Positions 12,351 through 25,165 of a stretch of 64,000 nt of DNA are shown in pieces (position 1 is the stretch's first letter; each line of letters opens with the position of its first letter). A program made the position numbers and the translations under genes. The DNA comes from Tubulanus polymorphus (taxonomy: Eukaryota; Animalia; Nemertea). The notes under the pieces are model-generated. The model saw nothing but the letters and a program-made list of their open reading frames with translations, made no database searches and had not been told where the DNA came from. The stretch covers positions 12,855,947 to 12,919,946 of the forward strand of contig NC_134030.1 of NCBI RefSeq assembly GCF_964204645.1. The letters run 5' to 3'.

Positions 12351-14263
12351 CTGAAGATAATTACAAGAAGATAATTTGAGATAATAAGCAGACAATTGAC
12401 AATAAATCATAAACAAAACAACATTGTTAATATTAAGGCTATAATATGAATAGGTCGAAGTACGTAGATAGAAGTAGGGAGATTCGAATGCAAGAAAGAA
12501 TGTTGGTAATGTAATGAAATGTTAGATACGTAGGAACTGACAGAATCTATCATATCGTGATATGATTTAGGATATCTCATTTCTCATATCATTTCATTCA
12601 TCCACGCCAGCTATTCCTTTAAATTACAAAATCCATCAGGCTCAAACACAGGAGCAGTTATTGGTGGGGTTATTGGACAAAGTGATGGAGACCAGGGAAC
12701 CTGCGATTGATTTAGTAGGGAGTCAAGATATAAAGTCAGAAAGTCAGACACACGTTTTATAGTGTGGATTTCCTTGTATTTAGTGAAAAGAAATATTCCC
12801 CAAGGTAAAAATCCCAACCGAATAAATTCCCCAAGTTGGAGTTAACAACAATGTATCAACATCTTTATAATGAACGACTTAGATTTCACAATTGTATTAA
12901 CTCTAGATGACAATTATTCCTGCGATTACATGTGAGGGAAAAATCTTCAAAAATCTGCAGCAATATGTACATAACTTTTCAAGTTTTTTTTTTATTTCGG
13001 CAAAAGAAATTGGAGCCAAACCATCTTGACAGGGGTTATTATCATCAGCACATTCAGGTTTGATACGTATCATCAATGATATGATAAGAAACTGAATTAA
13101 AGAGAATCTTTACCAGGGGGATTTCAACTGTTACCTGAAATGAAAACATTAAGGGATCAGTTATCAAACTGACTCCAACCTCCCACGTACAGAATAACCG
13201 GACATCCAAATGGGGTAACATCCGTCCATCTTGGGACGATGTAACTAGCTCCTGTGATGTCTAGCATGAACTACCTTTGCAAATCGAATTCACGCATGAT
13301 ACGTATGATATAGTTTTGAATCCTTAATATCATACCTTTTGAGTAACCATTCTGATGACTCATGATATCATTTGCTTATATAGGTATGATATCATTGGTC
13401 GTTTTACTGGTGGAAATCAGCGGGGTTTTAATGGTATTACAACGAGAGTCAAACCTGTCTTCAAGTTATTGAATGATAAAAAATTGCGGCTTTGTGAAGA
13501 GGGAAACGAAAATGACATCTCACTTGAAATTTGATTTGGCATGCAACGATTTACAACATAATGCAATACAACATGAGTCTACTATAAACACAGTGTACTA
13601 AGCACATAATCTTGATATGCAGAAATGTTCCACAAATAAATAGGATGAAAAACGAATTTGATAAATAGTATACGAGAAATATAGAAAGTTTACTACCAAC
13701 CTTGTTTAGTCTAAAACGATGTACGAGTAAGAATACGGATTAAAATTACATTATTACACGAATCAGTGCACATAGTTAGTTGATAAAAATAACAGCAATG
13801 CCGTATTGTGAAATCAGTTTCTTGTGAATTACAGTGAGTGGATATGCCGTATTGTGAAACCAGTTTCTTGTGAATTACAGTGAGTGGATATGAAAGCAGA
13901 TATTTTAGAATGTGATTTTATGTGATTTTACGAGTGGGATTTTAATCGGGGATATTGACTGGAGGGACTTCGACCTGCGTTCACAATTTTTCGCTGAACT
14001 GCTTAGATTTCTTAATTTTTCCACCGGTTTCTTTTTTCCTAGCGTGAGCTGATATTATACGTTGAATCTAGTCCTTCGAGGAGTGAATTGAACAGTAAAA
14101 CGTGAGGTGTAATAGAGTGACTAGATTATTCCCATAAAGCGGCAGAGAATACCAATATTTTGATTCCCCATAAAACCTCAGGTTAGGAATAAAATATACA
14201 CTGTAACTAGAACTAAGTACTAACCATTGCGATGATAGATTATAACTAAAGTTCATATTTTAC

Positions 14264-14377
14264 CGAGTTCAGGTGATCTTGTTTTGAAAAGTCATATGAT
14301 TCATACTTAGACTTGAAGGTTTCCAATATTTCACTATGCCGAGCCATATCGGTCGCTAATATAAGCATAATGATACC
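14264..14377 (-). CDS. PDE9A: PDE9 exon 13b, alternative ([38 protein letters not shown])
   Basis: CAG/GTAAA, 114 nt, phase 0-0; [10 protein letters not shown] motif. Confidence 0.92.
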
Positions 14378-15488
14378 CTGTGTATAATAAATGGGTTTGA
14401 AATAAGATATATGTTGATATATAGTTATCTATGAGTTTTGCTAAAACCTGAGACATAAGCTGAACAGTAGCAGATTAGGTATTCGTTTACTTGGTTGAAG
14501 TAAGTAAGTGCAACGATTTCGATTTTTGGTAAGATAGCAGATTGCGACCATCTGATGCTCCAGACAACCACTCACTCATTCAGCCGTTTGCCCTATTTTT
14601 GTTTAGGTCATAATAAATGTGCAAGTTTGAGGCCGCATTATGACAGCTTCCTTGGTTTCACTAGATATTCCATAAAGGACTTTAAAATTGGCAAATATCA
14701 ACGCATTTCATTGGCCGCGGACGGGATAGTGTTTGCACTTGAGGAAACCAAGGTACGAACAACGTAAAAGCAATGTGCGTAGTAAAAACTAGCGTTAATT
14801 ATGATTGTTTTCGAGCCTTCTATCCGTACGCCTTTCGTCATCCTCTTGGACCGGATTTTGTCTCCGGGTTTTGTTACATGTAAGTTACTGCCCATTCTTT
14901 GTGCTGGTTTCCGTCCAGGAATTCATCGCTGATTTCAGTCCGGGAATATATTATTCGCTGGTTTCAGTCCTGGAATGGCCATAATTCCTTACATTTTGCT
15001 TTGTTCCAAAATTTCTGGTCATAGTTCCAGAGCTAAGACTTTCATCGCTGGTTTCAGTCCAAGGTGGAATATTCGATGGTCTCAGTCCAGGAATAGTCCA
15101 GAATGTACTTAGCGGATACGAGATTTGAAATAGAAATCCATATGTCGTACAAAATAATTATCATAGGATTAAAAATTTTCCGATATCAAACATTTAAACA
15201 ACGGGAACTGTTTCGAATATGCAGTTAAGCAACGTTGAGGCTAGGTATTCGGAGTGTGGACGCCAAAACTCGTTAACCGAAATAATGGGGGACTTATTAT
15301 ACATCTAGAATAAGAATTATTCATTACTCCAAAAACAACGTCAGTCATTAAGAGCACAAAAAGAAATTACTAAAACTATCAATTCATCGATCCGCTTATT
15401 CGGAGAGAAGGCTATAGAAATTCCCTGAATATATTTTTTTAGTGACTATGCTGTTGACCTGCAGATGAGTGGCTAAGTGTATTAGGAA

Positions 15489-16029
15489 GGGGCATACTCA
15501 TTACTCCGAAGTCCCATTACTACGAAGTCCCGATACTCCAGAATCGCGTTTAAAGGGTGCACATAATCTCAATCGACATTGACGAACATTATATGGTAGG
15601 GGTTTCAGATGGGGAGCCGTTTAGGTTTGAGCAACCCGTTTTGAAACATGTCACCTGGCCACGGAATTTCCAAAAAGGAGAATTACCGTTAAGTCGTCGT
15701 ACCCTGTATCACTATAATTATAGGTCTTCCCCCGGCATTATGTTGTTGTAAAAATCAATAAATCATTTTCAGAGATGTTATTACAGCACATTTAATTAAA
15801 CATTTATTATAATTTTTTTCTATTTATAATGTCTAGCTTTCCTAATAAAATCTAGGTTCAGTCCTGCTTTATTGACCTTCAAAAATTAATTGTTTGGAAT
15901 ATTGGGACCTCGGAGTAATGCGATTTCGGGGTAATGGGACCAGCTCTGACTACAATTTAATTTCGGAGTAATGGGTCTTCGGAAATGGGATTTCGGAGTA
16001 TTGGGAATTTGGAGTGTTGAGACGACCCC
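15489..16029. mobile_element. Foldback MITE with subterminal CATTACTCCGAAGTCC repeats
   Basis: GGGG...CCCC ends, inverted repeat arrays, 8-bp TSD ATTAGGAA (15481-15488 and 16030-16037). Confidence 0.8.
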
Positions 16030-18101
16030 ATTAGGAATATGCGGACGTCCCTTCTCTCCAAATAACTAGTTTCGCCAAGTCTTTATTTTGATTAAACGTC
16101 ATTTCAACAATGCGCTACGTCAAAACGTTGAAACATTAGGTGCCAAGACCGCACGGATACAAGTCATATTGTTCGGGTTCTCTGCTTACGGCAGAAAACA
16201 CCACGACTCATTGCCTTCGCTAAAAGCAGAATATCGTTATATCGTAGAATATCGTTAGGTTATACTTGGGTGTATATTTCTGTGGTAAAAACAATAAGTC
16301 ATATGACCTTGATACTTCATCGAGATGATCTGAAGTTCCGAAAGCCGTGTGAACACGTTAGGGACCGTACAAAAATAAGATAATACTCCACAGCCATAAA
16401 AGCAATATTTTCGTAGTATCAAATACTTGTACAGTGGGAATACTTCAGATTTTTGCCCTTTAGTCCCAATCATCGCGATTATTTTCTGAATAGAATTGAT
16501 TTGGATTGAATTTTTGAATAGCGGTTAATTTCTGAATTGATTTAGATTGATCTTTTAATTACTGCACGGATTAAATTTACTTTTTTCGTGAACATCTATT
16601 TGTCAATTGGATATGGGCACAATATATTTATCTTTGATTGCCATTCAGGCAATTTGTGTAACAGTGGTATGTTGGTGATGGAGGTAATTTTTGTTGTTGT
16701 TGTAGTTGTTGTAACAAAATTTATTTAGGGGTATTTACCAACACAGCACGTAATTTCATTGACTCGCTCTACCTGTGATGCATGAGTGTTCCAATTCATT
16801 TGATAAGTAAAAACTTAGTGCGTTTCACTTGTATTTGAAAGGGTGATTTGCCGTTCCTTAAATGCCGTTCCCGTCATTACGCCATTAGTTGTTATGATGT
16901 TCGGAGGATTTACTTCTACGTTTTGACAATACACTTTCAAGTTGTACACAAAATCAGTCTATCGTGTGATAGAAACATTTTGACGGGAATGGTCGCCCAT
17001 ACATATTCAAACGGATCATCACCAACGTACTATACGTACTCAAATTGGTCCTAGGAAAAATAGATCGCCTATGAACTTCGTGAACCACGTTGTACCCTTC
17101 CGGGTAAAAAGGGAATATAGGAGCCTGTGATATCTAAATACCGAGTTAAGTCACATTGATCTGTATTAGGCCAGCCGTAGGCTAAGCCTATTACTATACA
17201 AATGGAGGGAATTTAAATAAAATGGTTTCCAGAGCAAAGGCTCTTTGTCCGTGGAACTGAGCATATATTCATACAAATCATTCAGTAAAGCATTATCCAT
17301 TCTCCAAACTGTACGTAGCTGAATTTTGAAAGAGGGCCTCGTTAAAATTTATATGAGCTTTTTCGCGAATATCTGATCCCAAAAATATGTGTTTTGAAAA
17401 GCCAATCAGAAAGCAAGGCTCCTCTATGATTGGCTTAGCCGCAGAAATATGCAGGTGTTCACGTGAACCCGCGGTATCGTCTACCGTTTTACTTCCTGGT
17501 TTTATTCTTAGATCTAAAATTGTATTTCAAGATCGATTTCTGTGAAAGCTTTTGTTAATTTGGTTTTTTGGAGGAATATTTTTGTTGCCACTACAGAAAA
17601 TATCATTGACCATTTTCGGAAAAAATAGCTTTTTCTTAAATCGGATAGATGACCTTGATATGCTAATTAGCCATGTGCTCAAACTACAAATTCAATCAAA
17701 TTTTATTCTGCAAAGAATATCAAATCCAATTCAACTTTGTTCTATTGAGCAAATTTCAGAAAATTCAATTTTATTCCGCATTAAAATCAATAAGACCAAG
17801 GAAAAAGATTTATCTGAGGTATTTGTTCCTGCCAGATCCAGTCGCTGTCTGTGCTACTTTTGTATTCTACGATTGTAAGTGTAAATTATTAGGTATTGAC
17901 TCTCAGCTGGGAGTGTATTTTGACAAATTTAACCCACAGAATGCATCATCATTTGCCATTTTATGAAAAGCTGACAGGCTGGCCATAGTGCCCCTTGGGG
18001 CTCTTGTTGTATCATGCATGTGTGCGAGAGGTAGAACAAAGACATTACATAGATTACAAATAACAATTAACTCTTATCATCCAATACAACGATTAGCGTA
18101 C

Positions 18102-18218
18102 CGGATCGGTGTGATCCTTCTTCACAAAGTCAAAACCTTCGTCTATTTTCTGCTTGAAACATTCCATTATGTCAGCATGGCGAGCCATATCCGTAGCGAG
18201 GATCAGGGTCGTTATTCC
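18102..18218 (-). CDS. PDE9A: PDE9 exon 13a, alternative ([39 protein letters not shown])
   Basis: TAG/GTACGC, 117 nt, phase 0-0, open; second [10 protein letters not shown] copy. Confidence 0.9.
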
Positions 18219-21004
18219 CTAGCATCAAAGCAACATTTGACATGTATTTAGATACGATTGACAAACAGGTTTCGTGTCGGGAAGTGGCTGCTGATAGAAT
18301 TATCTGTGCATCTTACTAACGTCCTTCAATAAGAATCAATTAATTGGAATTAAGTTCATACATTTGGCCCAGATCAAAAACCGATAATAGTAGCTCTTTG
18401 CTGAAGTCGACATCGTATGTTAAAAATCATAAAAAGAAAGATGGATAGAATCTTGACTTAGGAAAAATGTCCTAAGTTTAAACCAGAAAGAAACTTTCCA
18501 CGATTGGTTTCAGTTAACATTCCTAGTGCTTCTGGCGCAGCGAACCTTTCCTGGAAGAGATACACACTCACCACTTTATGAATGGCACAACCAGCCCATA
18601 CCTGCTCTAACATTTTATATACTCTATGTATATAGTATTTAGATATTGTTGTTGAACGAACAAATAATCTAGACAAGAGGAGTACGCATAGTCCCACGTG
18701 TTGCAATACCGTAAGGCATACGTAAGGCATAATTGTTTGGCTGATGTTGTCGGGATTGCCTGCACCAGTCATTTTTAATGTTTATATGAATGAAGACGCT
18801 ACCGACCCTGTTGTGTCCGGCAGCAAGGGGAGGTGAAGCCGCTACTCTTCCCGATGGCAAATCTCCCACAGTGACCTACGTCAATTCCGTTGTGGAATGG
18901 TCATGACCCGAATGATCATTCGCGCTCAATACGTCATCGCGGTCAGCTCGCGGTCGTGTTCACCGCCCCAGTGGTCTTCAATAACAATTTTTGCAGAGTT
19001 CATATTGGTAAGGGTTATTGCAAAATTTATGGACGAGACTCAAAGTGAAAAACAAACCAGGTGTTTCCCTAATGTCAGTATGGTGGATTTGCCATCACGT
19101 TGTTAGTTAACGTGCACAATAGATAAAATGACCTCGTATATAGGTAGCGCTACTGACCGGTCTAAGCAGCCTTTTGAAAAATCTTTTAAAAATCAAGTGG
19201 CAGGATGTGTGATATTGGTGACGTATACTGAAAAGCAGATATATACAACATGAGAACTACCCTAACGGCGAACCCCGTACAATCCCATGCATTGCCCCGG
19301 CTCAGTGACAAGTCGATGGCACGTATGGAATTCTTGGCCATTAACTCTGAAATCAAATTTCCAAAAATTGGGTGGAATATCGGAGTCTTGTAAACTCTCT
19401 AAAATGTGAATGAATACGGGACGAGTTTGTTTGATCAAACAATGTCAAAAATAGGTCTCATATATTTCATTCTAGAATGATGAGGACAAGTCTCGAATGC
19501 CCCAGACCTGAAATTCACCGCCATATGTGAAGTTGCAGGGTTTGTGGTAAATGCGTAGGGAATGGAGGTATTCAATAATTTTTCGGAAAACTGCGCAAGT
19601 CTAAAATAAGTCCAAAAGATAATAGCGCACATCCTCCTTGTCACAAACATGATAACCAGGGGATAGAAAACAATCTGCATTATAGGATTGGCTTCATGAG
19701 TCAAAAACAATACAGCTCGCCCTCCTCGCTTCGAATCGAAAATCAATAGCTGTAGATTGCGGAGAGGAGGCAAGGTCCAGCCTGTTTCGCATATGTGTAT
19801 TTCATATATTGGATGACTTACATATGTCAAAAACAATAGGGCTACTCCAACCTCAAACCCTAACCTGAATACAAAGTTATACGAAAATCAGTTTTACGGA
19901 AAACTGCACCAGTAACAGCGCACACCCTACTCATGTCACAAAGTTGATTACCAACAGGAACAATGTGCAAAGATCATTTTACACACATAGCTGTGGAACG
20001 CATCTTGGATTACCTACATACGCAAAATCCATTTCCTTTTTGAAACCCACTTTTAAAAAACTATTGAAAAATCTGTACAACTTGTACAATGTAGAACCGG
20101 GACAAGGTCGAAAGTGTAAATTTTGCACACATATATGGTCTTGGTGGCCTCCACCTACGTCAGTCAAAAGTAATAAGGCTGATCTTCCATTTGGCCCTAA
20201 CAAATAATAAGAAAGTTGACTGTAGTGTGGGACCCCGGTGCAACATGCCCATTTCACACAACATGGTTTAGGCATCCATCTTCGCTTACCTCCGTGAGTA
20301 AAAGAACAATGGAGCTCACCCTCCTCTTATCGAATCGGAAACCCAAGTAATAAGAAAATTGGCCCGAAACTGTTGACTGTGGAGAGAGGACAACGTCCTA
20401 AATGCCTAATCATGCTAAATATACGCATTTCACATTTTGAATGTTTTACATAATCTAAAAACAATAGGACTTCCCGTCTTACCTGAATACAAACTCATAA
20501 GCAATAATGTTAAAATGTAGACTGCAGGGTGGGAACAACATATTCTCCCCCGTTCAATCGCCTAGCAAGATGGGCTGACCAGCACAGGCGAACACAATCT
20601 CCTTTACAGCTAAGATAATCAGTCGCTTGCCAGTCTAGGCTGATTAGAAGTTTGTTTGAATGAATCAGAACCGAAATATCCAATGAAGAAAATTGTGCAA
20701 TTGTGACCGCCGATCACAAAACAATATTTGCACTTCGATTTCCGATTTCAAAATCAAACCCCCTGTTTCGCACCCGGGAGGTGTGGTGGGCTTGTACGGG
20801 AGACCAAATCAAAATAAATCAAACGAAATTTACTAATTAAATGAATGACAGGGGCAATCCCTATCTCAGGAGGAACAAAAGACCGAGGGGATACAAGAAT
20901 ACACGATTTAATAAGCATCTATTGTTTCTACATTCAAGTTAAGGCTAATCCTGTAGATTTTACTTACATCCCCAATTTAAAAAGTAGCTTTTAAAGTTTC
21001 TTAC

Positions 21005-21161
21005 CGATCTTATTCGTTTGAACGTATCGTTGTCAACATTCGAAAATATATTGCATTCCGGATTACTTAGGATCTGAAAAGCTACTGCACAATGGTGATT
21101 TTCCAGTGGTGATATGTCATTATATCGAATAGCCAATTCCGTTCGGGCATTTATTTGATAC
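21005..21161 (-). CDS. PDE9A: PDE9 exon 12 ([52 protein letters not shown])
   Basis: CAG/GTAAG, 157 nt; SPLENHH motif. Confidence 0.97.
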
Positions 21162-21280
21162 CTGAAAATAAAACAGCAAAACCCTGAATTCAAGTATTAA
21201 GATACATATGCCCTCTCCAACAAGGGCTTATAAGACCTAGCATGACGTTTTGCCATAAGAGACAGCTGGGAGGTCATCTT

Positions 21281-21948
21281 GACGTATCGGCCCCACTCCG
21301 CGCGGTGGCGCCACCGCGCGGGATTTACGCGAAGCAGCAAACACAAACATGGCCACTCTCTCAATTTTCAATGATAGAAATCGTGTGTGCATTTCAATTA
21401 TTTCGGCTGTTAGGGTTTTAAGGCACAATATAAAGTGATGATGTGATATGGCGATGTTAATTAATGATAATTCCGCAGTGAAGCTAGTGACGAACGGTGC
21501 CGATTGAGTGTACAGCTGCCAAAAACACTGAAATGTGCGTGGTTGCGTAACTATTTGCAGTGAATTGCAGACGGAACATGAAGCCTTAACGGCCGTTTAA
21601 AAAAAATTATACCAATCGCAATTGTAAAATAAAAATGAGATAGAACCTAAGTTAAAATTATGGCCATTTCTAAAATGTTATTACTAATTTTTAGTCAGTG
21701 CCGAACGTTTAGTTTTCCAACAATAATGAGGGGTGGTAGGTAGTCATGCAATTCAAGTCATCATTTATTACACGTTACTTCCGTGTTGTTGAAAATCTCG
21801 CGAGTCCTGGACCAAACCCCAATGAACAATGCGATCTGTGTGCCGGCCACAAATGCACATAGATCACACTACACTACCCATTACACACTCCAGTACCCAC
21901 AGCTTTCATATATCCATCCAAATATTTAGAGTGTCTTTCTTCCTGGAT
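21281..21948 (+). repeat. ~665-bp interspersed repeat; inverted copy at 49827-50492
   Basis: Near-identical reverse complement; contains a 24-bp GC palindrome at 21298-21321. Confidence 0.9.
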
Positions 21949-23654
21949 TCAGTTCGATTCGTGTGCTACACATGATAACCATATATCAGGACATTTCGTC
22001 TGAGTGTAGTGTATTATACTTTCCTAAGGGCAAAAATCCGTCTATAGACGGACGGACGACAAACAGAACTAGAGGTTCAGGGACACCATGCCCACTTGGG
22101 AATTGGTTTCAAATACTCAATAATCTAACAATTTCAATATTCAACGCTCCTTGGTGGCCATATACTGAAACTGATGATCTTCACCACGATCATCGTACAT
22201 GTCATGAGTCACGAGTTACAATTTAGCAATTTATTGTGGTAACAAAAGATGCCTAGGTACCAAGATGATATGGAAATAATATGTTATTCTACTATTCAAC
22301 GTCTCCTGGTGATCGTATACAAAAACTAATCAATTTGAAACGCACTACTATCATAGAACGTCTTGAGCTACAATTTTGCAATTGATTGTTGTAACAAAAT
22401 ATTCTTAGGCACCAATATGATATGACGAAACTAATTTATTGTTCGATTCAACGCCCCTTAATGACCATTTACAAAAACAAATGACCTTGAAACTCACCAC
22501 AATCATAGAACACGTCATGCGCTAAAAACTTTGCAATTGATTGTGGTTCCAAAATATGCATTGGTACAAATATAAGTAGAGAAATTTATATTAATCAATA
22601 TATATATCTGGTGGCAAGAACAGAATTTCCATGTGAGGAGGTTGATTCCTATGACAGTGCTTATGAAATTCAAATATCAAGATTATAAGTTAAATCTGTT
22701 GATATTTTCCTCAAAAACCTTTTTCCACTTACGAATGAGTACTGATGACACTAAGATGGCCGCCAATTGTGCAATAAATGGCTTATCAAAAATACCTGTC
22801 TGATAAATTAAAGATCCCTTTTCATAGAATACCCACCACATATTCCAATGAAAAATAGCAAACCATTTAGAAGCTACAGGACTTAGAATTGACATTTTTG
22901 CCTCTCATGCAGATAATATTATATTCGATTATGAACCATGGGCTTAGAGGTTAACAACAACAATACACGCTCATATACGCAGGAGATCTTACCTGGTTCA
23001 GCCTGTTTACACGTTTCTTTAGTATAGAGTCAGAGTTCAAAAATAGCAAGCAACCGTATATATGGGAGATAAATTTGCTATGACATGAATGAGTAGGGGC
23101 CGCTTTTAAACTTGTATTGACTTAGACATGGGGCTAACCCAGTGTGGTAATCGAGGATTCCACTCATAGCAGGCGAGGACCCACAAGGTTCGATAGTAGT
23201 TACTCGGTCTTCTGCGTTCGGTTTTTTTTACATAATTCAATTGTAAATGTAAACCATACCGATATCTGAGTACAGAAATGAATTCATCGTATATCTGGTG
23301 GGTGCTGTGATAATATATGGATTCGGGAATCTTAAAGTTTCAATTCAATGAAAATGAACTTATTTTGACAGCGTAAGACCGGTGCTCGTCATGCCATCTG
23401 GTGGGATAGCTGGTATTGCGGATTCCCCATTGACTATTATAACAGGTTTAAAAATTGGCCCGGCCATAATCCAAGATAAAATCAGAAAAATTGTTGTTGG
23501 ATAGATCAAAATGTGGTATGAATACTTATCAACACGTTCATGTGAACATTTATACGAGTAAAGGAATGATATCAAAGAACTCTTCCGACGGGCAATCGAG
23601 TGATGAGAAGGTTTTGCTTGACAATAACACGTGAATATAAGAAAGAAAACTTAC

Positions 23655-23842
23655 GTGTTGTTGTACCCAGGATGATCTAGATCGTGGCAAACTGCAGCCG
23701 TTATGAGAATTCCAAGATCCTCGCGTGACATTTTATCCCAGAGTTCGCAAAGGTGTATGATACCGTACATCATTTGAGAAACGCAAAAACAATGTCTAAA
23801 ATTGTGGAATGGGTTGTTCCGATAGTTTTCCTGCACACAAAG
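23655..23842 (-). CDS. PDE9A: PDE9 exon 11 ([26 protein letters not shown]...[12 protein letters not shown])
   Basis: CAG/GTAAGT, 188 nt; class I PDE signature [10 protein letters not shown] and PDE9-type [10 protein letters not shown]. Confidence 0.98.
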
Positions 23843-24002
23843 CTGAAATGAATTGATGCTAAATACAGTTGGGCAGTTCGGGTAATCGTTATGTATTATT
23901 TGTGCAGGTTTTTACTTAATACAAAATTTCCCACTAGAAATACTCTTGAGTATCTTACAATAACGTTCGGGAGCATAGATGGCAACCATAAGAAAGACTT
24001 AC

Positions 24003-24089
24003 CAGCCATCTTTTCAAAGTAATCGGGTTAATGTTAAATTCGTTGACCAAGTCAAGCTCGTGGAACATGTGTTCTAAAAGGCTAAGCAT
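24003..24089 (-). CDS. PDE9A: PDE9 exon 10b, alternative ([29 protein letters not shown])
   Basis: CAG/GTAAGT, 87 nt, phase 0-0; close to vertebrate MLSCLEHMYHDLGLV..NPVTLRRWL. Confidence 0.95.
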
Positions 24090-24322
24090 CTGAAATGTGA
24101 ACTATGTTCTGAATTATTGGTGCAAAAATATGATCTACTTACTAATTTTGTTTATTCGGGCCTACTCTCGACCAACAGTCACATCATAGTGAGCAGTGAT
24201 ACTATGAAACAGTGCTAGGACCAAGGATTATAAACCGAAAGCTGAATATTATCGTCGGTCATCATTCTGAAAATTCTATTCGCTGTCTATATAGTGATTT
24301 CGACGACAGCCTAAGGTCTTAC

Positions 24323-24409
24323 CAAAAAATTCCTTAATTTTTCAGGATCGATATTCAATTGGTAAACGATATCCAATTCGTAGAACATATGTTCTATTAG
24401 CAATAAAAG
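24323..24409 (-). CDS. PDE9A: PDE9 exon 10a, alternative (LLLLIEHMFYELDIVYQLNIDPEKLRNFL)
   Basis: TTTTCAG/GTAAGA, 87 nt, phase 0-0, open; ungapped paralogue of 10b. Confidence 0.85.
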
Positions 24410-24513
24410 CTGAAAATATTTCAAATACAGCTTTTTGCTTTGATGTCATCATATGAGCTATATCGTTTTACTACTACGGTTTAAGGAATCAGTTGAATTG
24501 ATTTCGTTCTTAC

Positions 24514-24588
24514 CTCGTTTGGTTCCCAATGCCATATATCAAAAGTAGGTGTTTTTAGGTAGTCAATTGTTTCCTGAGAAAGGGTGTA
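24514..24588 (-). CDS. PDE9A: PDE9 exon 9 (YTLSQETIDYLKTPTFDIWHWEPNE)
   Basis: TTTTTAG/GTAAG, 75 nt; matches PTFDVWLWEPNE. Confidence 0.95.
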
Positions 24589-25165
24589 CTAAAAATAAGA
24601 TAGATATCATCAAATACTATTATGTATATGCCATAAAAGCCCATTGAGATCACATGTATGATAGCACAAAAGAAAAAATCATTTTCATGCCAGTTTGCCG
24701 TAGGAAACAATGAAATCCGTCTCTTGATTTGCGGGAAAGTGATAAATAAAAACACATTAAAGTGAGAAGATTGTGATACTTAATAACATATCTTAATTCT
24801 TATTAATGAATTTCTTCAAAATGATATAAAATTCATGCATATTATCTTTAATTATAACGCCGGGTTTGCTCAACTATTCAATCGAACACGGCAAAGATAA
24901 AAGCTGTTTATTAATCTACTCACTCAAGCTCGTCGAATGATAGGTGATTAACAAGAGTCGACTAGTTAGAAATCGGTTGCAACGATTGTTTGATGTCTAG
25001 CATGCTACCTTTTTCGCGTGACATCACAGTGCACCAGTAGGCCGTTAAACGCAAGCGGATATTTGATGTAAACGTTACGCTTGACTACCATTTGACTACC
25101 AAGATAGCGTATGTGAACAATATGCGTTGTGTCTGTGAATGTAGTGTACATATACATGTGCTTAA

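Noticed and set aside
19435-22600. Short ORFs in degenerate 150-300-bp repeats
   Set aside because: Look like internal repeats of old Helentron-type non-autonomous elements; no protein motifs and boundaries not definable
23131-23200. tRNA-like A and B boxes
   Set aside because: No cloverleaf; at most a decayed SINE head, too weak to call
24143-24241. Possible third exon-10 copy (CAG acceptor and GTAAGT donor)
   Set aside because: In-frame TAG after eight codons and no similarity to 10a or 10b
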